DNA from: Nemertoderma westbladi
Lineage: Eukaryota > Animalia > Xenacoelomorpha
Assembly (NCBI GenBank): GCA_032718475.1
Contig: JAUCBJ010000256.1
Location: 1 to 64,000 of the forward strand
Direction of reading: 5' to 3'
Length of the DNA stretch: 64,000 nt
Below are positions 12,901 to 24,633 of this stretch, piece after piece. Each line of letters begins with the position of its first letter. The first letter of the stretch is position 1. Made by a program: the position numbers and the translations under genes. The notes under the pieces are model-generated. The model had not been told where the DNA came from. It saw only the letters and a list, made by a program, of their open reading frames with translations, and ran no database searches.

Positions 12901-15900
12901 GTGCAATCGGGAGAAGTTTGTTGAACTGCATTATGTGACAGTGTGCATTCGGGAGAAGTTTGTTGAACTGCATTTATGTGACAGTGTGCCTTCGGGGGAA
13001 GTTTGTTGAACTGCATTTATGTGACAGTGTGCAATCGGCGGAAGTTTGGTGAACTGCATTTATGTGACAGTGTGCATTCGGGAGAAGTTTGGTGAACTGC
13101 ATTTATGTGACAGTGTGCAATCGGGAGAAGTTTGGCGAACTGCATTTATGTGACAGTGTGCATCCGGGAGAAGTTTGGTGAACTGCATTTATGTGACAGT
13201 GTGCATCCGGGAGAAGTTTGGTGAACTGCATTTATGTGACAGTGTGCATTCGGGGGAAGTTTGGTGAACTGCATTTATGTGACAGTGTGCATTCGGGGGA
13301 AGTTTGGTGAACTGCATTTATGTGACAGTGTGCATTCGGGAGAAGTTTGTTGAACTGCATTTATGTGACAGTGTGCAATCGGGAAAAGTTTGGCGAACTG
13401 CATTTATGTGACAGTGTGCATCCGGGAGAAGTTTGGTGAACTGCATTTATGTGACAGTGTGCATCCGGGAGAAGTTTGGTGAACTGTATTTATGTGACAG
13501 TGTGCATTCGGGAGAAGTTTGTTGAACTGCATTTATGTGACAGTGTGCATTCGGGGGAAGTTTGTTGAACTGCATTTATGTGACAGTGTGCATTCGGGGG
13601 AAGTTTGGTGAACTGCATTTATGTGACAGTGTGCATTCGGGGGAAGTTTGTTGAACTGCATTTATGTGACAGTGTGCATTCGGGGGAAGTTTGTTGAACT
13701 GCATTTATGTGACAGTGTGCATTCGGGAGAAGTTTGGTGAACTGCATTTATGTGACAGTGTGCATTAGGGAGAAGTTTGGTGAACTGCATTTATGTGACA
13801 GTGTGCATTCGGGGGAAGTTTGTTGAACTGCAATTATGTGACAGTGTGCATTCGGGGGAAGTTTGTTGAACTGCATTTATGTGACATTGTGCATTCGGGA
13901 GAAGTTTGTTGAACTGAATTTATGTGACAGTGTGCATTCGGGGGAAGTTTGTTGAACTGCATTTATGTGACAGTGTGCATTCGGGGGAAGTTTGTTGAAC
14001 TGCATTTATGTGACAGTGTGCATTCGGGAGAAGTTTGGTAAACTGCATTTATGTGACAGTGTGCAATCGGGAGAAGTTTGTTGAACTGCATTATGTGACA
14101 GTGTGCATTCGGGAGAAGTTTGTTGAACTGCATTTATGTGACAGTGTGCCTTCGGGGGAAGTTTGTTGAACTGCATTTATGTGACAGTGTGCATTCGGGG
14201 GAAGTTTGGTGAACTGCATTTATGTGACAGTGTGCAATCGGGAGAAGTTTGTTGAACTGCATTTATGTGACAGTGTGCATTCGGGAGAAGTTTGGTGAAC
14301 TGCATTTATGTGACAGTGTGCATTCGGGAGAAGTTTGTTGAACTGCATTTATGTGACAGTGTGCATTCGGGAGAAGTTTGGTGAACTGCATTTATGTGAC
14401 AGTGTGCAATCGGGAGAAGTTTGGCGAACTGCATTTATGTGACAGTGTGCATCCGGGAGAAGTTTGGTGAACTGCATTTATGTGACAGTGTGCATCCGGG
14501 AGAAGTTTGGTGAACTGCATTTATGTGACAGTGTGCATTCGGGGGAAGTTTGGTGAACTGCATTTATGTGACAGTGTGCATTCGGGGGAAGTTTGGTGAA
14601 CTGCATTTATGTGACAGTGTGCATTCGGGAGAAGTTTGTTGAACTGCATTTATGTGACAGTGTGCAATCGGGAGAAGTTTGGCGAACTGCATTTATGTGA
14701 CAGTGTGCATCCGGGAGAAGTTTGGTGAACTGCATTTATGTGACAGTGTGCATCCGGGAGAAGTTTGGTGAACTGTATTTATGTGACAGTGTGCATTCGG
14801 GAGAAGTTTTTTGAACTGCATTTATGTGACAGTGTGCATTCGGGGGAAGTTTGTTGAACTGCATTTATGTGACAGTGTGCATTCGGGGGAAGTTTGGTGA
14901 AATGCATTTATGTGACAGTGTGCATTCGGGGGAAGTTTGTTGAACTGCATTTATGTGACAGTGTGCATTCGGGGGAAGTTTGTTGAACTGCATTTATGTG
15001 ACAGTGTGCATTCGGGAGAAGTTTGGTGAACTGCATTTATGTGACAGTGTGTATTAGGGAGAAGTTTTGTGAACTGCATTTATGTGACAGTGTGCATTAG
15101 GGTGAAGTTTGTTGAACTGCATTTATGTGACAGTGTGCATTCGGGGGAAGTTTGTTGAACTGCATTTATGTGACAGTGTGCATTCGGGGGAAGTTTGGTG
15201 AACTGCATTTATGTGACAGTGTGCATTCGGGGGAAGTTTATTGAACTGCATTTATGTGACAGTGTGCATTCGGGGGAAGTTTGGTGAACTGCATTTATGT
15301 GACAGTGTGCATTCGGGGGAAGTTTGTTGAACTGCATTTATGTGACAGTGTGCATTCGGGGGAAGTTTGTTGAACTGCATTTATGTGACAGTGTGCATTC
15401 GGGGGAAGTTTGGTGAACTGCATTTATGTGACAGTGTGCATTCGGGAGAAGTTTGGTGAACTGCATTTATGTGACAGTGTGCATTAGGGTGAAGTTTGTT
15501 GAACTGCATTTATGTGACAGTGTGCATTCGGGGGAGGTTTGGTGAACTGCATTTATGTGACAGTGTGCATTCGGGGGAAGTTTGTTGAACTGCATTTATG
15601 TGACAGTGTGCATTCGGGAGAGGTTTGGTGAACTGCATTTATGTGACAGTTTGCATTAGGGAGAAGTTTGGTGAACTGCATTTATGTGACAGTGTGCATT
15701 AGGGTGAAGTTTGTTGAACTGCATTTATGTGACAGTGTGCATTCGGGGGAAGTTTGTTGAACTGCATTTATGTGACAATGTGCATTCGGGGGAAGTTTGG
15801 TGAACTGCATTTATGTGACAGTGTGCATTCGGGGGAAGTTTGTTGAACTGCATTTATGTGACAGTGTGCATTCGGGGGAAGTTTGGTGAACTGCATTTAT

Positions 15901-17799
15901 GTGACAGTGTGCATTCGGGGGAAGTTTGTTGAACTGCATTTATGTGACAGTGTGCATTCGGGGGAAGTTTGTTGAACTGCATTTATGTGACAGTGTGCAT
16001 TCGGGGGAAGTTTGGTGAACTGCATTTATGTGACAGTGTGCATTCGGGAGAAGTTTGGTGAACTGCATTTATGTAACAGTGTGCATTAGGGTGAAGTTTG
16101 TTGAACTGCATTTATGTGACAGTGTGCATTCGGGGGAAGTTTGTTGAACTGCATTTATGTGACAGTGTGCATTCGGGGGAAGTTTGTTGAACTGCATTTA
16201 TGTGACAGTGTGCATTCGGGGGAAGTTTGGTGAACTGCATTTATGTGACAGTGTGCATTCGGGGGAAGTTTGTTGAACTGCATTTATGTGACAGTGTGCA
16301 TTCGGGGGAAGTTTGTTGAACTGCATTTATGTGACAGTGTGCATTCGGGGGAAGTTTGGTGAACTGCATTTATGTGACAGTGTGCATTCGGGAGAAGTTT
16401 GGTGAACTGTATTTATGTGACAGTGTGCACTAGGGTGAAGTTTGTTGAACTGCATTTATGTGACAGTGTGCATTCGGGGGAAGTTTGTTGAACTGCATCT
16501 ATGTGACAGTGTGCATTCGGGGGAAGTTTGGTGAACTGCATTTATGTGACAGTGTGCATTCGGGGGAAGTTTGTTGAACTGCATTTATGTGACAGTGTGC
16601 ATTCGGGGGAAGTTTGGTGAACTGCATTTATGTGACAGTGTGCATTCGGGGGAAGTTTGGTGATCTGCATTTATGTGACAGTGTGCATTCGGGGGAAGTT
16701 TGGTGAACTGCATTTATGTGACAGTGTGCATTCGGGAGAAGTTTGGTGAACTGCATTTATGTGACAGTGTGCATTAGGGGGAAGTTTGTTGAACTGCATT
16801 TATGTGACAGTGTGCATTCGGGAGAAGTTTGGTGAACTGCATTTATGTGACAGTGTGCATTAGGGGGAAGTTTGTTGAACTGCATTTATGTGACAGTGTG
16901 CATTCGGGGAAAGTTTGTTGAACTGCATTTATGTGACAGTGTGCCTTCGGGGGAAGTTTGTTGAACTGCATTTATGTGACAGTGTGCATTCGGGAGAAGT
17001 TTGTTGAACTGCATTTATGTGACAGTGTGCATTCGGGGGAAGTTTGTTGAACTGCATTTATGTGACAGTGTGCATTAGGGGGAAGTTTGGTGAACTGCAT
17101 TTATGTGACAGTGTGCATTAGGGGGAAGTTTGTTGAACTGCATTTATGTGACAGTGTGCATTAGGGGGAAGTTTGTTGAACTGCATTTATGTGACAGTGT
17201 GCATTCGGGGAAAGTTTGTTGAACTGCATTTATGTGACAGTGTGCCTTCGGGGGAAGTTTGTTGAACTGCATTTATGTGACAGTGTGCATTCGGGAGAAG
17301 TTTGTTGAACTGCATTTATGTGACAGTGTGCATTCGGGGGAAGTTTGTTGAACTGCATTTATGTGACAGTGTGCATTAGGGGGAAGTTTGGTGAACTGCA
17401 TTTATGTGACAGTGTGTATTCGGGGGAAGTTTGTTGAACTGCATTTATGTGACAGTGTGCATTCGGGGGAAGTTTGTTGAACTGCATTTATGTGACAGTG
17501 TGCATTCGGGGGAAGTTTGTTGAACTGCATTTATGTGACAGTGTGCATTAGGGGGAAGTTTGGTGAACTGCATTTATGTGACAGTGTGTATTCGGGGGAA
17601 GTTTGTTGAACTGCATTTATGTGACAGTATGCATTCGGGGGAAGTTTGTTGAACTGCATTTATGTGACAGTGTGCATTCGGGGGAAGTTTAGTGAAATAC
17701 ATTTATGTGACAGTGTGTATTCGGGGGAAGTTTGGTGAACTGCATTTATGTGACAGTGTGCATTCGAGGGAAGTTTGGTGAACGTGAACTGCATTTATG
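6963..17799. repeat. 43-bp satellite array (~250 copies), consensus GTGACAGTGTGCATTCGGG(G/A)GAAGTTTG(T/G)TGAACTGCATTTAT
   Basis: Directly visible head-to-tail repeats with 43-nt period, only point variants, no unique spacers. Confidence 0.98.
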
Positions 17800-19644
17800 C
17801 AGTGAATCCAAACTTCCCCCTTTGAGATATCATATACCTAAGACATGCTAGGGTGACGGGGAAATATTTGTTACTGTCACACTTTGCTTCCATTTATCCT
17901 ATCCTATATTATTACTCCATCGTCAGATAAGAGATAATAATCGGTGATTTAGAACTCTAAACTGTCTTTCATGCAAACAAAATTCTAACTAAAGATGTAT
18001 GAATGACCATGACTATGACTATGGAAAAAAAATTTTTAAATATAATAAAATATCAAATATTTGGGGAGGATTCCAAGTTAAACCACAAAACAATTATTTC
18101 GTTACATATACATTAATTAACGTTCTATGTTTTTCTTCCTCTCATAATAAAATATAATAATGAAATATATCTGATTGCAGTAACATTTCACAACCAAAAT
18201 GTTTCAGTGTGAAAAGGGTACCACACTCCGCCCAAACAGCCGCAAACGCATAGCAACAAATTTAATATAAGGTTACATACATGTTGGGTTCATGACGAGT
18301 GAAAATTGATCGTGTGTAATAACGAACCTGTCTTTAGACTGGGTAGTTTTTGTCTAAAGCTGAGGCCGGCAAAAACACGATGGATATATTTACCTATATA
18401 TGTCACTATATCACTCACTATGTATGTTCACCAAATGGCTTGAAACCACTTGCATGCATTGTAAAATTGTAAACGCAAGTATTTATCAATTGTTGTCTAG
18501 TTGTTGAATAAAAAAGTTGGAAACGATTCGAAGTGCGATATTCGAAATATTTGCATATTTTCAACATTATTGAACGCGAAATTAAATACCCACAACTCCC
18601 TTGCTTGAAATGTTTTTCAGGTGATTGATATTTAGCAATTATTATGAGGTTACTTACTACTGAAATCTGACAGAATGCCAAACGTATTATTATAGTTCTA
18701 TCTCTATTCAGCCAGTTAGTGTAATGTCAAGCAGTACATCATTTATATATCGTATGTATCTATAGGGCCTAATTGTCATCGTTATAATACTGTCATCAAC
18801 TTAGGCTAAGCTCAATTGTAATGCAAAGGCTTAGTAGGTTTTGTATATCTGGGACGTTTACAACAGCTGTCGATTAAACTAACAAAACCATAAAACTGAA
18901 CCAGGGTGGCTGCCAGCCGGGTACCAACGGCTGTTGGGTAGACTTAAGGGAACATTTCACAAACTTTCATAGGATGCTTGTACATGTACATTATATTGGT
19001 TGCTCCGATGTTTTTATTAGGCTAACTGAGAATGTATCAGGTATAAATACTGTAATTATAGTGTTCTTTATTTTATTTATCTAATACAGAAAAGACCCCT
19101 CCGCAGAATAAACTGCTCTTTTGGGCCGTTTCTCAGGTTGCGGATATGGATACCATTTCACACATCATCGTAGTAATTGTGATTATGATTTGTTTGCCTA
19201 GGCGAATGTGTATTACATTAGATGGGAGGCAGTTTTTTGGTTGATGCAAGTCATTCTTGGTTTGCATCTTCCAATCCCATCTGTTTCTTGGAGTCCGTGT
19301 AAGACAGGTTCGTTTAAAGCCATCTTGATGGCGTTCTAGTATAAACTAAATTGTAAGTCCGGCTATCCTCCACATCCTTACCCTATGCAATTGTTATTGT
19401 TAATCGAATATTGGAGCGGCTTTCTCTTGTTATATATTCCGATCTTATGGCTTCCGACACACACACACATAGACTTTTGGAAAACGGCCATAGTATAATT
19501 ATAACAGTTCTCTGATAGCTCGCAGTTCTGATTCGCCCCACAATGAGTTATACTTATTTTATCTTTCTTCATTAGTTCTGGTTTGGTTGACTACATACAA
19601 CAGCTGCTCGCAGTTTGTAGAATAAGTAACCATCATCCGAAACT

Positions 19645-22449
19645 TCAGCAAGCAGAGCTGGATGGCACACTTAGTTCTATTTTGTCATCACACACATGAC
19701 GTTTGTATCCAGTGACAATGATAATATCATCTGCGGCATGTTGTTGTGTTGAGAGTGAGTACGAACCATTTGTGCAAGAACACATAATATCCATAGCATT
19801 CCATGAACGATATATAATATTGTTGAATCTTTGTGAAATTCTCAGAAAATCTTGAATCTTCTTACTTATGATACAATGAAAAACAAAGATGAGAAAACCT
19901 TGGGCGCTGTTCAAAATAATAAATGTATAAGTAAATATTGACGATGTAATGCTGTCGTCTGCAACGAGAACATAGAATCCTGAAATCCATGTTAAACCCA
20001 ATAGTAGAAAGCCAGTAATCGAGGTAGTGACTAAACTGCGGACCGTTTTGGTTTTGTTTTTCTTCTTATAAATGTCTCGAATAGCCAAACTATAACTAAC
20101 TATGTTGACGATAATAGCGATACCAATGGGAGCAATGAACGACCAATATATTGTCGGCCTCGTTATCCAGCATAGGTTTCCTCCAGCATCTATTCTGTAG
20201 TTGTCTGGAGAAATAGAGATTACTGATGAGCAAATTATTGCTGGAATTATCAAAACTGGAATGTGAGCTTTCCGCAAAAATCGATGTGGTGTGGCACTGA
20301 GTGCTCGAATTACCCTCAACAGCAACTTATCTGTACAAACAATCTCACCTGGGACCAACACAATATTTAATAGAAGAAAGTAAGAATATACGCACATCCA
20401 ACCCCAAACAACTAACAGCGAGTAATGAGTAAGAATTCCCATAGCTCTGCATAAATTCTCATCGTTATACTCATTGAAATATTTAACAATAATCCCATTA
20501 ACCATAAATATTATGGTAAAGATTAGCAAATATATGCAAAAGAGCAAATACAGTTTTTGAGACATTTCTTTTAACCATTTCTTATGAAAGGCGAATATAG
20601 CGATGTAGAGAATCAATCCTATGATTGATAATGTCGATCCAATGATGCTTAATATTTCTTGAGCGTTCGTAGTCTCTTTTCCACCCATTAAAACGGCAAA
20701 ATTTGTTAAATGATTACATTCACATACTGAATAATCATTGGTTGATTCGCTGGCTAAACGTGTGCATCCATATTGTGACCAGTCCTCTGCTGTATCATTC
20801 CAAAACACACACTTTGGGTCATTGCAATTTGTTTTACTGTGAGGCAAAGTAAATTGTACTGGATATTTTTTAAAAGTATCTGAAATACGAAAGTTCTTAA
20901 ATTTTATCGACAATACTGGGGAATTTATTATTTGTTTTATTGAATTAGGATCTTTTTTTGGGGCTTTGAAAAATATAGAATTGTAGTAGAGAAGTAAACC
21001 AATAAGAGAATCATTTCTTTTCATGTCCTCTTCAAGACCTTTCCATGAAAATTTTAATTCCATTTGCATTGCATCATTTGTTTCAAAGTTATTCATAAAA
21101 CCAATAGAGTAATCTAAAGTGAATTCGTCATCAACAATATATTTGTTTACTTTGTTCGTAGATATTATAATATTATCTGTAATTATAGGATTATTCGTGC
21201 CATTAATAATGTGTGTCACAGAAAGCTTTTCTAATGATTTAACTAGGCCAACACCTTGGAATAAGGTTTCATCAATTATGTTGTTATTTTCTTGGGCTAC
21301 CAATATGCTTGCTATCTCAACAAAACGTTTAAATGACTTTTCATCTACCCTCCCATTATCTATTAGATAATCTATATAATTCACAGCATCTTTAATACTT
21401 GTTTCATTAAATTCATTATTTACATTAATATCAAAAATGGATTTAATGGATTTGTCTGTATTGCATTTATCATCACCAGTGAACACTTCCTCCCAATTGG
21501 TCTTTTCATTACATTCTCTTGTAACCAAAATGGAAGTATTCGATAAACAAGGAATAATTTCAGTTTCTCTTGTAATATTCCCGTATCCGCCCCTTATTTT
21601 TGATAAACAGTAGCAAGTATTATTTATATCAATAGAAACAAGGTCAAATTCGTTTAACCTTACAGTATATTGTCTTTTACAATTAGGATGTATAGAATTT
21701 AAACTGCCTGTTATTTCAGTGGAGTTGAAGAAAGGAGAAGGTTCTCGGATTCCTAGAAGCTCAAAAAAACTGAGATTTGGAAATGCATTAATAATATCTT
21801 CAATAATATATTGGGTGATTACTGCGATATGACTGTCAACCTCCATATAAAGTTTGTTTAATTTATGTTCAGTTACTGTCGAATTCGGAATATCTATGTA
21901 CTCCAAATAATTTCCAGTTATATCTAGGATTTCCAAATTAGGAAAGCTTAATAAAAGATTTAAGTCAATAGAGGTAATTTTGTTATCATTCAGTTGCATA
22001 ATTTTCAATGACGGTAACATGGGACTGAGGTATGGTATATTGTATAGTTCAATAGATTGGACTTGTAGACTTTCTAGTAATCTATTAGCTTCAAATGTGT
22101 CCGGGAGTATATTCATGAATTGATTTGAATTGGAGAAATTCAATTGATGTACAACCAATGATATAAGATTTGGGAATTCGTTGCAAACATGTTTTAAATC
22201 TTCTGGATCATTATTGATGTCGTAAAGCACGAGGTCCGTTGTAGTTGTTGTTAATACCGTTGTGTCATTGATTGAAATCAAAGCAATAAGTAATGGCCCG
22301 TCACTGTATGAACAAATTATAGTCGAGTTGCTTTGGCAGCATTCATTGCTCATCTGTATAGTGCTATAATTGCACTCTTGCCTACCAGGTATTGAACATA
22401 GAGAACATAATATTAAACATAGGCAACTTAACCAGAAAATCATATTCAT
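19645..22449 (-). CDS. Single-exon adhesion GPCR (signal peptide, LRRs, HormR-like Cys domain, GAIN/GPS, secretin-like 7TM), 934 aa
   Basis: Hydrophobic N-terminus. LRR motifs (LKIMQLNDNKITSI, FPNLEILDITGNYLEYI). HormR-like segment IPC...TRECNEKTNWEEV...C. GPS motif CVFWNDTAEDWSQYGC...CECNHL|TNFAVLM. Seven hydrophobic helices with adhesion-GPCR motifs (LCRAMGILTHYSLL, CWI, LLGLTW, LNSAQGFLIFVFHC). Uninterrupted ORF. Confidence 0.93.
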   Translation of the reverse strand: MNMIFWLSCLCLILCSLCSIPGRQECNYSTIQMSNECCQSNSTIICSYSDGPLLIALISINDTTVLTTTTTDLVLYDINNDPEDLKHVCNEFPNLISLVVHQLNFSNSNQFMNILPDTFEANRLLESLQVQSIELYNIPYLSPMLPSLKIMQLNDNKITSIDLNLLLSFPNLEILDITGNYLEYIDIPNSTVTEHKLNKLYMEVDSHIAVITQYIIEDIINAFPNLSFFELLGIREPSPFFNSTEITGSLNSIHPNCKRQYTVRLNEFDLVSIDINNTCYCLSKIRGGYGNITRETEIIPCLSNTSILVTRECNEKTNWEEVFTGDDKCNTDKSIKSIFDINVNNEFNETSIKDAVNYIDYLIDNGRVDEKSFKRFVEIASILVAQENNNIIDETLFQGVGLVKSLEKLSVTHIINGTNNPIITDNIIISTNKVNKYIVDDEFTLDYSIGFMNNFETNDAMQMELKFSWKGLEEDMKRNDSLIGLLLYYNSIFFKAPKKDPNSIKQIINSPVLSIKFKNFRISDTFKKYPVQFTLPHSKTNCNDPKCVFWNDTAEDWSQYGCTRLASESTNDYSVCECNHLTNFAVLMGGKETTNAQEILSIIGSTLSIIGLILYIAIFAFHKKWLKEMSQKLYLLFCIYLLIFTIIFMVNGIIVKYFNEYNDENLCRAMGILTHYSLLVVWGWMCVYSYFLLLNIVLVPGEIVCTDKLLLRVIRALSATPHRFLRKAHIPVLIIPAIICSSVISISPDNYRIDAGGNLCWITRPTIYWSFIAPIGIAIIVNIVSYSLAIRDIYKKKNKTKTVRSLVTTSITGFLLLGLTWISGFYVLVADDSITSSIFTYTFIILNSAQGFLIFVFHCIISKKIQDFLRISQRFNNIIYRSWNAMDIMCSCTNGSYSLSTQQHAADDIIIVTGYKRHVCDDKIELSVPSSSAC

Positions 22450-22719
22450 ATTAATAATATTCTTGTCATTTACGTGAAATTCAGTTGGGTGCCTTTGAAA
22501 CTTAATTACTAATTGAATGTATAATCAGGTAACTATAGTAACTATAGGATATCATATAATTATTGCTTATAACTACAATTATTTACACTATATTAATAAA
22601 TATACAGTATAATAAGGATAGATTTATTAGCATCAACCATGCCATGGTTATATATATTGTGTATTACAGTATATTATTATTATCCCAATCGTCCCATCGT
22701 CCCATCATCAACTAAATAA

Positions 22720-23085
22720 GTCATTGAGGGCTATAGCGCCTAGGGCACCATTGAAGGCAAAGGCTTGATACGCATCTGCATTAGAGATGATACACACCCC
22801 GTATCTATACTGGATGCTCCTCTACCAGTGTTAGGTAACCTAACCCAGGAGGCACACTTGGTTCAGGGTGTAACAAATGGACCCCAACAGTCGGCAACAG
22901 GGCTGTAGGCCATGGATAGGCGGAAGGTAATCAACTAACGGCTAGACATGCTGACAAGGTCGGCGGAAGGTAATCAACCAACGGAGAACTACTGCGAAGA
23001 CGCTTGTAGGAGTTGCGACCACAAGCGGTTTACTCCCGCAACTGAAAGATATGAGTATGAGAACCCTCCAGGAGAAATGGTAAAT
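22720..23085 (+). mobile_element. 5' UTR segment of the RTE-clade LINE, separated from its body by the CR1 insertion
   Basis: GC-richer leader that rejoins seamlessly with 27826 onward (...ggagaaatggtAAAT|accggctcgg...), extending the RTE reading frame. Left flank aactaaataa resembles the right flank aactgaataa after the RTE 3' end. Left boundary approximate. Confidence 0.6.
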
Positions 23086-23469
23086 TTACATTACTCACTG
23101 CTATACAGTAGGCCTACTGGTCCGGTACTGTAGTGAACAAACTAGTAATCCATAGTTCATAATCACTAATTCATCTTGATACCTGTACTGACCTTGATAT
23201 ATCTGTATAGGATACACCTGATTTTGGATCCAGAGGATGGTTACACCTCAAACAAGCGATTCTTCCGGCGAAGAATCAGATTCTATAGCATTAATATCGG
23301 ATCGCGGTACCGGTACGGGTACGGCAGATACAACGGCCTCAGCGACGAACACATCCGATATCGAATTACTGCGCGCAGTGCCGAGAGGCAAGCAGAAAAC
23401 TAAATCCCCAAAGAAACGACCTACAACCAAGGCGATTCAGAACGACACCAAAGCCGCAACTGGCACCGG

Positions 23470-24630
23470 ATGGGGGCCTATACACTGGCACCGACGGATA
23501 AACGGAAATCATCCCGAGTTATCAAGAAACCAAATGAATCCCCAACAATCCGCAACAGTTCCCAGAGGCCTACTACTACCGGGACCGGATGCATGCCGTT
23601 GGCTTCACCTAAAACTCACACTCCGACCTCGGAGTTTGAGCAGTCTGGAGCAACGGCCAACGATACAGGGAACGATTCGAGTAGTATTTGCCCTCACTGT
23701 AATAAGAAAGTTGGGTCAACAAACCCATTACGCTGTGATATTTGCGTTAAACTGATTCATTGTTCTTGTTTGAATATAACCGAGATTGAAGCTACTCTGA
23801 TATCAAAGTGCAAAAACTGCAAAATAATGTGCAACCTGTGCGACTCCGACGGGAAATCGTTCAGTCGTCACTCAACAAGTTTGGTGGAAGAGGTTAAACA
23901 GGTGGTCGTTTCACAGATGACAGGGTTTAGCGACAGTCTGGATACATTGCGAAAGGAGGTCCGCGAGCTAAAAACTGGTGGACGGGCCGACAATCCCGAG
24001 TTCGAGGAGGTCTCGGACTTGGACATGGACGAGGAGGATGCAGTCGAGTGGATTATCCCGAAGGATATATGGCGCTCGAAAACAAAAAGGAAGAAAGCCC
24101 CAGCACCATTCGCACAATTAGTGCAGGATTCGGTACGAGAGGCTTTAGAAATACAGACGAAACATGATCAAGTTAAGAGAGAAGTTATAGTCTCCCGATT
24201 GGAGGAATCTAAATCCCCGAAGGATGAAAGGAAGACTATCTCCGATATCTGCACCGTGGCAGGTGTAAGCCCAAATACAGTTACAGACATAGTTTGCCTT
24301 GGTCGACCGGTGGATAAAAGGAACAGGTTGTTAAAAGTGACCTTCACTACAGAACAAGATGCCAGAGACTTTCGGGTAGGTTTCGATGATTCGAAAAGCT
24401 CGGAGACTCCATCCATATACGATAAACTTACGGTACGCCCGAGCCGGACAGAGGAAACCGAACGCCATATCCGTTCTCAACGGAAGATAGTGAGTCGAAT
24501 GAACAAAGAGATAAAAGATAACGATGAGGACAATACTACTTCCAGCTACAGCATCCGCCCCGATGGTGCGATATGGAAGTTCGTAAAGCAGGACGATGGT
24601 TACTGGAGACGTGATCGCTCTTGGAAATAG
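23470..24630 (+). CDS. CR1 ORF1 with PHD finger (true N-terminus probably in overlapping frame 23237-23470)
   Basis: CPHC...CDIC...HCSC...CNLC PHD pattern, coiled coil, and a typical ORF1 C-terminal region (VIVSRLEES...LGRPVDKRNRLLKVTF). Confidence 0.85.
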   Translation: MGAYTLAPTDKRKSSRVIKKPNESPTIRNSSQRPTTTGTGCMPLASPKTHTPTSEFEQSGATANDTGNDSSSICPHCNKKVGSTNPLRCDICVKLIHCSCLNITEIEATLISKCKNCKIMCNLCDSDGKSFSRHSTSLVEEVKQVVVSQMTGFSDSLDTLRKEVRELKTGGRADNPEFEEVSDLDMDEEDAVEWIIPKDIWRSKTKRKKAPAPFAQLVQDSVREALEIQTKHDQVKREVIVSRLEESKSPKDERKTISDICTVAGVSPNTVTDIVCLGRPVDKRNRLLKVTFTTEQDARDFRVGFDDSKSSETPSIYDKLTVRPSRTEETERHIRSQRKIVSRMNKEIKDNDEDNTTSSYSIRPDGAIWKFVKQDDGYWRRDRSWK

Positions 24631-24633
24631 GAG

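Noticed and set aside
6963-17799. CRISPR array interpretation of the 43-bp repeats (and the other arrays)
   Set aside because: No unique spacers, no cas genes, eukaryotic context; these are head-to-tail satellites.
22720-23000. HDV-like ribozyme in the RTE leader
   Set aside because: Could not assign the full P1-P2-P3-P1.1-P4 topology by eye; needs a structure-based search.
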